NCBI GenBank assembly: GCA_036172245.1
Contig: JAYWIR010000022.1
Span: forward strand, 62,001-126,000
DNA: 64,000 nucleotides
Direction: 5' to 3'
Source of the DNA: Raillietiella orientalis
Lineage: Eukaryota
The number at the start of each line of letters is the position of its first letter. Positions within the stretch are counted from its first letter, which is position 1. The position numbers were made by a program, and so were the translations under genes. This document shows, in pieces, positions 49,150 to 59,818 of the stretch. The notes under the pieces were generated by a model that saw nothing but the letters and a program-made list of their open reading frames with translations, searched no databases and had not been told where the DNA came from.

Positions 49150-50520
49150 GCCCGGCATACGCTCTCGGAAGGACTGGACTCTGTCCCGAAACCCAGCCAG
49201 ATCAAACTGGAACGATCCGGGCGTCTAAATTCTTGGCCGAACACCCGTTTTGGATCATCCATAACTTGGAATTTGGTGTCGGCGTCTAGACTTCACTTTT
49301 CCCTGGTTTGGGGGGCGCGTCCACGTGATTACACGAGCGTGTTCTTCGAATTCCCCGAGCTTCCAGATTTCGCTCCCGTCGATCCGTATTCCTGGCGGTT
49401 CGGTACGAATGTGCTCCGAGTCATCTTTCAGAACTTCATCTCGACTTCCCGAGCACGTCTGGAAAGAACGCCTCTCACTGTCCTCTCCTCAGATACCACA
49501 TACCTGGAGTGTGTCTGAAGCTCAAGGAGCGTGCTGGATTCCACGTTCAGAAGGAGCTTCTTTATTTCAGAGATCACTGTGCTCTTCAGAACGCGACTTT
49601 TTCCTTTTATATATATTTCTTCGCTTTGCGCTACGTCTTAGCACCACCGTGCAGCCACATTCGGCTCTTGGAGTTTCGCCGACAAGCGTACGTACAGTCC
49701 TACACTGTTTCCTTCTTTTTTGTTAAAGCTTTGAAGGAAGCTTGAACGAAGCTCTCGAGCGTAGTCCCCTCTTTGCGAACTCTCTGTGCCCTTACCATTC
49801 TCCCTACCCAGACTGAATTCCTTCCGGAGCACTCTGTGAGAGAAACCCAGTCCTCACTACGTGAGCCAGGGGTTATCATCCAAACAAATCACTTCCCCCG
49901 CCCTGCACTAGAAGACAGAGAACTCTCGATCTCTTGGCGTTTCCTTTGATTTCTGCTTTCCGAGAGGACCGATCCGGAACGCTTCGTGCGGCTGCAGCCG
50001 TCTGGAAATGCTGCACGAGCAGTAGGTGTACCAGATATGATGTATGTCGAAGATGTTGAAGACAGTCAGCATATCTTCCAGACTCATCTCTTCAAGATGT
50101 CCAGTACGCGGTGCTCAGCAGTCGTTCCCGACTGGCAGGAACCAGCACGCATCCTTTCAGCCAGTCACTCTCAGGAGGAATGTCTTCAGCACATGCATCG
50201 GCTAGGGATGTTTTAGCACCAAATTTCGGACGTCCCATAAGGGAAGCTGGCGTTTTCAAGGATCAGTTCACTTTCATGGAAGCTGCCTCTAGTATCTGAG
50301 AGGCGCTTCCAGGGACTGGAAAGCGACGGGGAGGAGGTAGAAAAATCCCGAAACATCTCAAGGTGTGGAATGTGATTTGGAAATATCTAGGACCTCTCTA
50401 CACTTTTCTTGCACTTGTTTGTCCCTTATTCGCATGTCGCGTGTCCACTGGTCATCAAGTTTCTTCACGCTGCTTCCTGGTTGCCGTGCTCGTAAAGCAC
50501 CACGTATACAGGTGGCAAAA
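49150..50520 (-). mobile_element. Degenerate BEL/Pao LTR-retrotransposon integrase/C-terminal remnant; boundaries approximate
   Basis: - strand motifs in BEL order: GTPTA..FPDG (cf. RGxP..SDNG) ~50000-50030; WVGRMVR (cf. WERMVR) ~49790-49812; WKLGEFEE...GKVKS (cf. WKLGRIEE..GxDG..VK) ~49285-49368. Confidence 0.5.
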
Positions 50521-53350
50521 GGGTCTTTAGAAGGTAAGCTGTTTACTTGAATGAAACTCGAGATGCTCGGAATCCGGCCCAATGCCTTCGCCATCCAGGA
50601 GCGGTGGTTCCGTCCGTCGCTCCAAGAGTCCGAGTGGGCGACCCGACATGCGTGCGCGATGAGACGATAGTCGGGGATCTTGGCCGAGGTGAAAACGCCG
50701 GGCAGCTGGAGGAGCTGGAGTCTCGAACACCAGAAATAAACCATCGGAGTGCGAAGTGGGAAATCGGGAACCTATCGATCTGCGGGGGGCAGGAGGGCCA
50801 ACAATACAATGGGTAAGAGAGAACGCCGCTCGCAGCGGTTCGGGAGGGAAGGGTCCATTGGGGCAAGCCTGCTCGCAAGGAGGATCTTGGAGCACTCGGA
50901 GCAAAGTGGACGCTTCCTTCTCTCCCCCGTTGCCGCGGTTACGCGAGATTAGAGAACGGCTCCGAGGTTTGGGAGGGGGGAGAGGAGGAGGAGAAGGTTG
51001 AACTTTTAAGCTTCGAGATTTAGGAGGGATTTCATTTGTCAATTATTAATTAATAACCTTTCTTTCTCTCATGCAACCGGACTTGGGCGATCAAAAAGAT
51101 TAAATGGGGGAGGACGCAAAAGCTACGAGGAATTCTTCGCAAGAATGAGGGATCTGGTTCGCGTCCTGAGCCGCCGGCATCGCCCCGTTTCGATACTTCT
51201 TAATAAATTGTGGAGCATCATCACATAGCGAGCTTGAAGGAGTTTCTTTACGTAATTAGATTTCAAATTGGGGGCCAGGGAGGAGGAGGGAAGCGAAATA
51301 GGAATTACGGAGGTCACGGTGGGGCTCTGCCATGTCTGAAATAAAGATGCGCGCCAGCTTACGGAGGATCGACTCGAAAGGGATCTCTCCTGGAGATGAA
51401 TTCTTCCGAGAGGATGCGTTCGCCAGGGAGCAGTTGCTGGGCGGTAGCGTGTCGGAGGTGCATCGTTCCGGACCTGTCCAGCGTGAGGACACGACCCGGA
51501 CGCCGCCCTCCGTTCTCATCAGGGTCCGGCAACCTCCTTCCCGGGAGAAAACGAGAGGAAGGAAAGAGAGGACGCAGTAGTAGAGCGCCGCCAAATAAAG
51601 CGCGTCGAAGAATATGAGACCTTCCTTCGCGGGATGACGTGAATGCAGGCGCTTCCATATTTTGGCAGGAAGACCGCCGGCAGTGGCTTCACGCTATGCC
51701 AAAGAGGGAGTTCCTCGAGAGGAGAGGTCAAGGCATCCGCTCCTCCCCCTTTCCCGGAGGCTGCCATGAGGGATCCTCCTCTCTGGGAAGGAGCGAGGCT
51801 CCTGAGCCGACTCGTGGCGGCTGCAGCGGCACTCCCTGTTTCCACCTATGCCAGCAGGCTTGGAACGGTGGCGCCATCTGCGGCGGCAGGCCATGCGATA
51901 CCAAAGGGTCGCAGACCGCGACTAGAGGCGGAAGCGACGCCGCGAGAAGACCCCGGCAGGAGCTGGGAGCGCGGTCACAGGGATATTCCCGACGGCTGAG
52001 AGAGCTTGAAGATGCCCTTTGCTCTCACACAAGAAATGTCTACTTCGGAAGCGTCCGGTCCGGTCCTGAGCTTCAGCCGCTGCGCAGGGTCGCTTCTCTC
52101 CCCTTCTTTCCTTCCTTCCCCCCTTTCCACATCGTGGCAGACTTCTGCTGGGAGCCGGGAGGAAGTCGTCGCCGCCGCCGCGCGAGATGGAGACTCTGCC
52201 ACGCGCAAGCGCCATTCGGGGCGCGCGCGATCGATCGGACTGCCAGCCGCTTCGAGGCATTCCCGCCCTATCCGTTCCGCCTCCCGACGCCATCGACCCG
52301 CCCCTCTCTCCACCTCTCCTTCTCTTCCGGAAATCTTTCGGAAACGTATCCTTGCTCCGGTCGCTTCTTCCTGCCGCGATCGAACGCTTGGAAGGGAGGA
52401 AAGGGGAAGGGGGGAGGGGTGGCAGAAACGGGCACGAGAGCCCCCGCTTCCGTGGGTTCTCTTCTGCGGCTCATCGCCGCTGCCGCTGCTTCCTGCCTTC
52501 TGGGCTACATCGCCCAGCCATCGCTTCCGCTCGCCCGAAGTGGGTCGCAGGAGGCACGTATCCGTAGCAACCGCTTTCATTAACGGGAGAGCGGAGGGGA
52601 GGAGGAGAGGAAAGGAGGTGACCTTCTCAACTCCAGACCACCGCCCCAGAACCTCCCGTTTAGAAACGAGTTTCGGGAAGATTGAGGATTCACCGTCAAC
52701 TTTGGCCCCCCTTTCCTTTTCCTACGAGTCCGGAGGTGGAGAGGGAAATGCCCGACAGAGACTTACGATGCAAACGTGCTTTCTCCCAGGCTTCCTTTCC
52801 TCCCTCCTACTCCCTCTTTCCTTTTTTTCCCTTTCCGGCAGCCTGTACTATCGGAAACGTCCTCTTCCTCCGGCAGTGGTGTGAGGTGGCTGCGACCCCT
52901 TCTCCTCCTTCCCCCCGTCACTCTCTTCTGGATGCGTTTCATCGTCTGCTTCCTTCTTTTCCGCCTCTCCTCACGCGGCTCCAGGTCTTCCGCTCCACTC
53001 GATCCTCTCTTCTGACCCCGATCCCCCCCCTTTCCCCCCCTCTCTCTCCCTCCGCTGCGGGCGCGCTCACACCCCTCCGTCCGCCCTTGCATTTTCGGGG
53101 GGCTCGCCCTTCGCGCCACCTTCGGGGACGCGCGCGCGAAATGGAGAGAAAGTCAAGGAGGTACGTGAGATGGGGGGGGGGGGAGGACGGATGTTCCCAT
53201 CCGAGCGCCCGCTCCTCAGCGTCCGGGAGAGAGTAAGGACCGGCAGGGGCCGGACGCTACCCCTGGACTCGTCGTCTCGTGGATGCAGGAAGAGTCAGTC
53301 CAAGAGAGAGAGACAGAGAGAGAGATCAGAGGAACAAACATAAACCGCAC

Positions 53351-55124
53351 TCACTGTGATGGTGCGTTACAAGTGTGGTGGTAGACCGTGGGTTCCCATA
53401 CCTCTGCAGGGGCGAACAGCGCTACCTCGTGGTGATGGTGGTGGTGGTGGTGGTGGTGGTGGGGCTCGAAGTATCCGTCCGCCGCCGCCGCCGCACTGAA
53501 CTTTCTTTCCACCGTAGGCTGGGACGGAGAGCAAGGGCCGTGGGGAGGTTTTGGATGCAGCTTGATGACCTTGGGCGGAGGGGGAGGCGGGGGCGGGTCG
53601 TGAGTCAGTTCGGGGAGATGCCACTTGCAGTGGGGGGTTGACGCCGCCGGCTGCTGCTGGGCGTCCAGGCGGACCACGACGTCGTTCAGGCCGTGCAGGG
53701 TCGCGGAGCTGCCCACCCCTCCTCCGGCTCCTCCTGAGCCGCCACCGACGTCGAGAGTGGTCGTGGAGCCCACGGCGGGAGCGGCGGAGACCACCACGCA
53801 CTTTTTGCTCAGGGCAGCTGCCACGAAGGGCAGAACGTTAGGTGTGCCGCTGCCTCTGGGCAGCAGTCCCGTAGGGACGTGGTCGCCAGAGGATACCGGG
53901 GGGATGGCGGCTGAGGAGCCACTGCCACTGCCTCCACCGCCGCTGTTGTTGCCGCCGCCGCCGCTGCTGCTGCTACCACTGCTGCTGCCGCCGCCGCTGC
54001 TGCTGCTGCTGCTGCTGGAGGTTGTGGACGCCGCGGCGGCGGCGGCAGCGGCTGCCCAGGCGAGCACCGTGTGCCTGCCCTCGCTCGCGGCCGGGTATTC
54101 GTGGACAGCGTCCTCGGTCAGTCGCTTGGTTTTGAGATCATCGGAGGTGGTGGATTTTATTCGACCGTTTGGGATGGAAGGGGTCGCCGGCACCGTAGAA
54201 GCGTCCTGCTGCTGCTGCTGCTGCTGCTGCTGCAGAGAACCGTAACCGGGCGAGGCGTGGTCCCTCTTCGGATGGTGTGAGTGGTCCTTGACCAGCAGCT
54301 CGGGAAGAGGATTGACCTCAGCTGTCGGCATCACCATGATGGAGAAGTTCACGTAGGGGTCCGCCAAGGCGGTCTTGGGGACTTTTCGGTCGCAAGGGTC
54401 GTATTTTGTCATCTCGACGCCGCCGCAGGGGTACAGAGGCTTGGACTCGGTCGGCGGGCACTTGGGAAAAGAAGAGGCGTCGTAGGAGACGAGATTGGGG
54501 CAGGGCCGGGGGGTCGGCACGTCGAGGAAGCCGTTCCCCACGTACGGCCCCGCTGCGGGCACGTGGCAGCCGTACTCTGGGTAGTAGTTGCTCAGGTGGC
54601 GGTACGGGAAGAAGCCGTCTGCGGCGGAGGAGGGCAGCAGCCGGTTATCCACGGTCGAGTACAGGTTTTGGTAGCTCTGGAAACCGGGCGCCAGGCCGTA
54701 GAGGGGATGGGGCGCTTCCCCATGGAACGTTGCCGCGCCACTGTATGCGCCGCCACTTCCGTAGCTCCCACCCCCGTAAGGACCTCCGCCTCCGATGCCG
54801 ACAGGGGTCTGCACTGCCGCTGCTGCTGCCGCTCCGCTGGCTACGGAAGAGGTCTCGGGCACGTACTCGGCCGACATTTTCTTTTTTGTGCGGTAGGACG
54901 TCAGATACTCCCGGAGCTGGTTCTTGCAGCGGCGATTCAGGCGTGGCGGCTGCGACCCGTTGTGATGCATGGCTGCCGCCGCCGCTGCTGCTGCCGCCGC
55001 CGCCGCCGCCGCTGCCGCTGCGGGCTCTGCCTCCACCAGGTAGCTGCTGCTCAGGTTCATGTCCAGGTAGCTGACCTTGAAGTCCATGGTCCTCTTGCCG
55101 AATAGATCGCGGCCTTCTTCCTCC
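53351..55124 (-). CDS. ss: spineless / aryl hydrocarbon receptor (bHLH-PAS), terminal exon
   Basis: Acceptor TTTTTCTGCAG; (M)EEEGRDLFGKRTMDFKVSYLD and RRCKNQLREYLTSYRTKKK match Spineless. Low-complexity C-terminus to TGA at 53351-53353. Confidence 0.9.
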
Positions 55125-55349
55125 CTGCAGAAAAAAAACAGAGAGGGACTGAGGAGGTGGCGGCGTTAGCATCCACGTGCGAAAGCGCCTTCCGCTTCAT
55201 CCTCTCCCTACCAACCTCAGAAGTCGAGCACCCCCCTCGCTCCGCCCCATCCCCGTCTCCCCACAACGCTCGTACTCGCCCTGCTCCGCCCCTGAATAGA
55301 AGCCTCTTGTGCCCCTGCCCTCCATCCCGTGCCATCCCTCGGCACTCAC

Positions 55350-55491
55350 ATGAGCGGGCGGTGCGTGCTGATGATGAAGTCTGGCTTGCTGTTCTTGTAG
55401 ACCAACCGGGAGCTCGTCTGCAGCCACTGCCATGAGCCATCCTTGGTCTGCAACCGGTAAGCGATCATTCCAGAGGCACCGGTCTTTAGCA
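55350..55491 (-). CDS. ss: spineless/AhR PAS-B/PAC exon
   Basis: LLKTGASGMIAYRLQTKDGSWQWLQTSSRLVYKNSKPDFIISTHRPLM; CAG/GTGAGT boundaries; 142 nt. Confidence 0.96.
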
Positions 55492-55550
55492 CTGGAAGGA
55501 GAGAGGGCGGGCTGGGGAGAAGCGGGCGATGGCGGCGGTAGGACACTCAC

Positions 55551-55657
55551 GCTCCTGGTGGGCGCTGGCGACGTACGCCAGGTCGTCGTAGTGGACGAGG
55601 GAGTAGATACTTCGGCTGGAGAGCTCGCTGTCGCAGTGTCCCAGGAGGTGTCTCCCC
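55551..55657 (-). CDS. ss: spineless/AhR PAS-B exon
   Basis: GRHLLGHCDSELSSRSIYSLVHYDDLAYVASAHQE; TAG/GTGAGT boundaries; 107 nt. Confidence 0.96.
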
Positions 55658-55718
55658 CTAAAAGAGCAGTGGGAAGGAGAGAGAGGTAGGGAGTCCAGGC
55701 AAGGGAAGGGTTGGATAC

Positions 55719-55906
55719 CTCTGGTCCATGGAGACGATGCTGAGGTCCAGCTTGTGCTTGCTCTTAAACATGAGCTCCTTCTGAGGAAGCTCCAGCAAGG
55801 AAGGCGGACCGAAGGGCGTGCAAATGGCAAAGAGGGCCAGGGGAAGCTCATCGGATTTGCGGTTCTGACCATGCAGCAGCTTGATGCGGCCCCGGACGTC
55901 CAGCCT
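55719..55906 (-). CDS. ss: spineless/AhR inter-PAS and PAS-B start exon
   Basis: RLDVRGRIKLLHGQNRKSDELPLALFAICTPFGPPSLLELPQKELMFKSKHKLDLSIVSMDQR; AAG acceptor, GTATCC donor; 188 nt. Confidence 0.95.
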
Positions 55907-55997
55907 CTTGGGGTCAGCAAGGAGAGGGCGCTCTCAATTGTCGTCCGCGGATGTCCTCCCCGCCAGCGGCGCAGCGGCGCCGGAAGAAACCACTCAC

Positions 55998-56207
55998 CAG
56001 AAAACCGGAGGTGTTGTCTAGGAGACAGCGGAAGCGCACCGTGAAGCTGCGGTCCAGAAGGCAGACGTTCTCCTGGTGGAGGACTTCCTGGAAGCTCAGG
56101 TTGAGGGACTCCTGCGGGAGCGCGAAGTTCCACAGGAGTTGTCTCTGCAGCTCCTCCCGGTCTTCCGAGTGGACAAGCTCGTAGACAGACTGGTGGACGA
56201 TGTCGGA
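55998..56207 (-). CDS. ss: spineless/AhR PAS-A exon
   Basis: SDIVHQSVYELVHSEDREELQRQLLWN...RSFTVRFRCLLDNTSGFL; 210 nt; CAG/GTGAGT. Confidence 0.97.
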
Positions 56208-56272
56208 CTGCAAGAAGAGCGGGGATTCCCGGGATGAGGGGGAGACGTTACTCGAGGGCGGGAGAGACTCAC

Positions 56273-56362
56273 CTGATGGAACCCCAGATAGTTCTCGATA
56301 GTGTGCGTGGAAAAGAACACCTCGCCGTCACAGGTCAGGATGAGCAGGAAGCCGTTGAGCGC
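56273..56362 (-). CDS. ss: spineless/AhR PAS-A start exon
   Basis: ALNGFLLILTCDGEVFFSTHTIENYLGFHQ; 90 nt; CAG/GTGAGT. Confidence 0.97.
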
Positions 56363-57346
56363 CTGCGGGAAGAAAAGGTCAGCAAGCCGCGTGCACGAGG
56401 AGTCCCGCCCGCCGGCTCTGCAGCCGTCCGTTCCCTGGCGGCGGCGGCCGCAAGCTCCTCGGCTGCCCCCTCGTCGAGAGCGCGCCCTCTTCACGGAAGA
56501 GTTGCCGACTCCCCCCTCCCCTCCTTCCCTCGACCGCTGTCTTCCCCTGCTCTTGGCGGGGGAGGAGGAGAAAGGGAGAGGAGGAGGAAGCGCTTCGATC
56601 CAGGAGGCAGCTCCCCTTCTGGCGGGACGCCCGCGTCGACACTAGGCGAGTCTCCTCCCGCCGCCGTCCCCTCCCTTCAGAGCGGCGCGAGAAAATCATC
56701 CATAATCGATGAGGCTCCCGGAGGGAGGGTGGGGGATGGGGGGGCGAGGTGGGGCGATGGAGGCGGGGAGGGGAGACGGGCGCGCGCGCGCCCGTCTCCC
56801 TGTTGGAGCTAATGAACGGCCTCCGGTTTGCGTGCGCAGCAACCCGGTCATTACAGGATGACGGATGGCCGGGAAGCCCTGCGGCGCGTCCAGCTAGCCA
56901 GACAGACGGCCGCCGTTGCGCGCGCGGACGGGGCCCGGGATGACCTCTGCTGGGGAGGGGAGCCATCGGCCGCTCTTGGATCGCCGCCCGGAAGCTGCGG
57001 CTCTGCTCCCGCCGCGCGGAGCACGGCTTCCGTGCGCGCGTGCGTCTGCTGGGAGGGTTCTGTGGGAACGCCGCCGCTCGCAGCGTCAGTCCGCGCGGAG
57101 AGAGGACCCAGTGGGGAAGGGGAAGGAGGGAGCGGAGTGCATCGCTGGTAGCTCTCTCCTCGGGAATCCGTGCGCGGTAGCCAAGCCCGGAAACCACCTC
57201 CGCCTCCGGGTCCACGGGGCTTGCGCGGGAGCACGCGGAGGAGGAGGAAGGGAAGGAGAAAGAGGCATGGTCCTCAAGGGAGGAAGTGGGATCTGGAAGG
57301 GGGGTTCTGGGCAGCCGCTGCCGGGGCGCTCGCCTCTCCTACTGGC

Positions 57347-57465
57347 CTGCAAGAAAAGCTCCTCGAGGGCGGTCCCATGGAGGTCGCTGTAGCCCAGCTC
57401 GCGGGACCGGTAGAGGGGCTCTGCGCCCAGTGGGAATCGCTCCTCCCTGCCTGCGTTCGACGTCA
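57347..57465 (-). CDS. ss: spineless/AhR bHLH-PAS linker exon (GC donor)
   Basis: VTSNAGREERFPLGAEPLYRSRELGYSDLHGTALEELFLQ (cf. Drosophila YRTRELG...DMFLQ); 119 nt bridges phase 1 to phase 0; donor CAG|GCCAGT. Confidence 0.85.
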
Positions 57466-58710
57466 CTGAAAGCACAGAAAAAGAGCAGCTGGTCACAGCC
57501 ACCGGCAAGATTCAGGACTATCGGGGCCGGTGCGCGCGAGCTGCTTCCCCTTCTCTTCCTTTCCCCCCTCTCCATACGTTGTTTCGACGCGCCGCGTGGA
57601 GGACGGGCCGCGAAGGAGGATCAGAGCTCCAGAACGTGACCTCCAGGACCGAGATCATCGGGATTTCTCTCTGCCAGAGAGGGTCCTCGCCTGTCCGCGC
57701 CTCGAGTTGGCGCGCTTTCATCCGAGAATCGGAGACAGGTGACCAACATGAGGTCACCGTGAGCGGGTGGGAAAGAGCTTTGAGGGCAGTGACCGCAGGG
57801 TTTCCCGGATCTCGCCTGCTGGGGAGATCCCGAGGAGGGGACGCGGAAGATGGCTCTGCCAAGTTCTGTCGGTTCCATTCCCGGAGGCCACCAAGGTGAT
57901 TCTTCCGTGAGCCGGGCGGTGGTCACACCCCGGGAGCGGGTGTCCACCAGACCGTGCCGAAGAGGGATGTATGGATCCGCGCGCCGTTCCTTGGAAGGCG
58001 GCCCGCCGCTCCTCTCCGTCGTGACGGGGTCCCAGGGAGGATGGGGGGAAGCCGCCGGAACGATCTTGGGAAGGAGGTTGTTACCAGGCCGAAAAGAAGC
58101 CGCCGTACCCTCCCTCCTCCAGGGAATGTGTCTCTCCCCGGTCAGGGACGCCCCTGTCCCTTGAGGCCATGTCATGGCCTTCCCCTTGCCTGCGCAACCT
58201 CCTACCAGGCTTGAGGAGGAGGGGAGAGTGGACGTGCGCCGCTCGGCGGGACGTCCGCCGGCGTCAAAGCGAGGTTCTCTGCGGGGTGCCTTGATTTGAC
58301 ATCCCCCGCGTTTCCGAGTTGCCGCTCCCTGGAAGTTCAGAGGTGGGACGAGCGTGCGGGAGCGGCGGGCGAGGTCATCTTTGGGCATCGTTCCGTTCCG
58401 TGGATGATCAACGCACCTGGGAAAGGCACCCGTCGGGCGCGATGGTGGAGCGGCCGATCCTTCACGCACTTCTTCCAGGGAGACACGAGGGTGCGAACCC
58501 TTCGGTGGCCGCCATGTGGCTTTCTGACTCGCCGCCGCCTCCATCGCTACGGTTGTCCACGGTGTGTCCCGGACAGTGATGGCGCTCCCGGAGGGCGGGA
58601 CTTGCCCCTCGAGGGGGAGTGTAAAGTGGGCTCGATGGTAGCGACTGATCCTCTCCCAAGCAGTGGACCCCTCCCTGCCTCCCTCCCCTCCCTGGAGCGG
58701 ATGGAGCACA

Positions 58711-58729
58711 GCGGTCTAAAAATAGCAGC
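58711..58729 (+). promoter_or_regulatory. 19-nt motif containing a MEF2-type site CTAAAAATAG (copy 1)
   Basis: GCGGTCTAAAAATAGCAGC, identical to 59800-59818. Confidence 0.5.
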
Positions 58730-59489
58730 CGGTTTCACGGGAGCGGGTTCGAAACCGCCCGCGTCCTCACCAGTGGAGGCGGAGCCGCAGGCGCGGAGCG
58801 GCGTCCCCCTGCGCCTTCCCGCCGCGCGCTCCCTCCCTCCCTCCCCCTCCTGGGGACGGCGCGTTCGTTCCCTTCGCCCCCTTTTGTTCGATCCCCGTCC
58901 CCCGCTCGCCGCGCGTCCTCCAATCGACGCCCGGGAAAGGAGAGAGGCGGCCAATCGCGCCTCCTCTTCCCTCCTGGACGAAAGCCGCCACCCCCTTTCG
59001 CCTCCAGAGAGCGCCCCTCCGAGCACCTTGGGGAGGCCCTTCCCTCCACCTCACCCCGTCCCCGCGGAGCAAACGAATGGGACGCTTGTGAGGTGCCCCT
59101 GCGAACGAAATGCGGAACCCCTCCACGGATCACTCCCGAGCTCCCGCGTTTCTTTTTTTTTTTTTTTTGCCTTCCGTCTCTCCCCTTCCCCGCTCGTCCG
59201 TCTGCGGGAACGACTGCAACTCGTGAGACCCAGGACGAACGGTCACTACGAATCCAAGATGGCCGCCTCCGCAAGCGGCGGAAGGTCGAGGGATCTGCGC
59301 TCGTCCTCCTCACCTGTCCTTACCCCCTCCTCCGTTTCTATCCAGGGGCGGAGGGGAACGCCATTTCCTAGGACGCTCCCGGAGCGCGTGCGACGTGAGG
59401 CGGGCGCGCCGCCGAGCAAGTGGGAAGGGGGAGAACGAGGAAGCGGAGGGGAAGAGCCTATGCAGCGGGGGCGGCGGCGCCCTCCTTAC

Positions 59490-59680
59490 CTTGGAAGTAG
59501 CTCTTGGTCCTCAGGTAGCTGACGGAGAGCCGCAGAATGGACAGCTTGTCCAGCTTGGACAGGATATTCTGGTCGAAGGGCAGCAGGCTGGCCAGCGTGT
59601 CCAGTTCGGCGTTGAGCCTCTCCCGGTGGCGCTTGCTGGGGTTGCTCTTGGTGACCCCCTCCTTGGTCGGCGGCTTCAGG
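59490..59680 (-). CDS. ss: spineless/AhR bHLH exon (the preceding first exon was not found in the window)
   Basis: [71 protein letters not shown]; 191 nt. Confidence 0.98.
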
Positions 59681-59799
59681 CTGCAAGAGAACAGCCAACA
59701 GATAGAGAGAGGTCGCAGCAAATGCTCCTGGGCCGCCGCCGCCGCCCCTCCCTCTCTCGGTGCGCGCGCTCCAGCTGAGGCGAGCGAGGAGGTGGCCGG

Positions 59800-59818
59800 G
59801 CGGTCTAAAAATAGCAGC
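59800..59818 (+). promoter_or_regulatory. 19-nt motif containing a MEF2-type site CTAAAAATAG (copy 2)
   Basis: Identical to 58711-58729. Confidence 0.5.

Noticed and set aside
53625..55105. + strand ORFs 53625..54245 and 54281..55105
   Set aside because: Antisense shadows of the GC3-rich spineless terminal exon.
55658..55718. spineless intron with donor GTATCC as a second U12 intron
   Set aside because: It continues AA rather than TT, lacks a TCCTTAAC-like branch site and has a normal pyrimidine tract, so U2-type is more likely.
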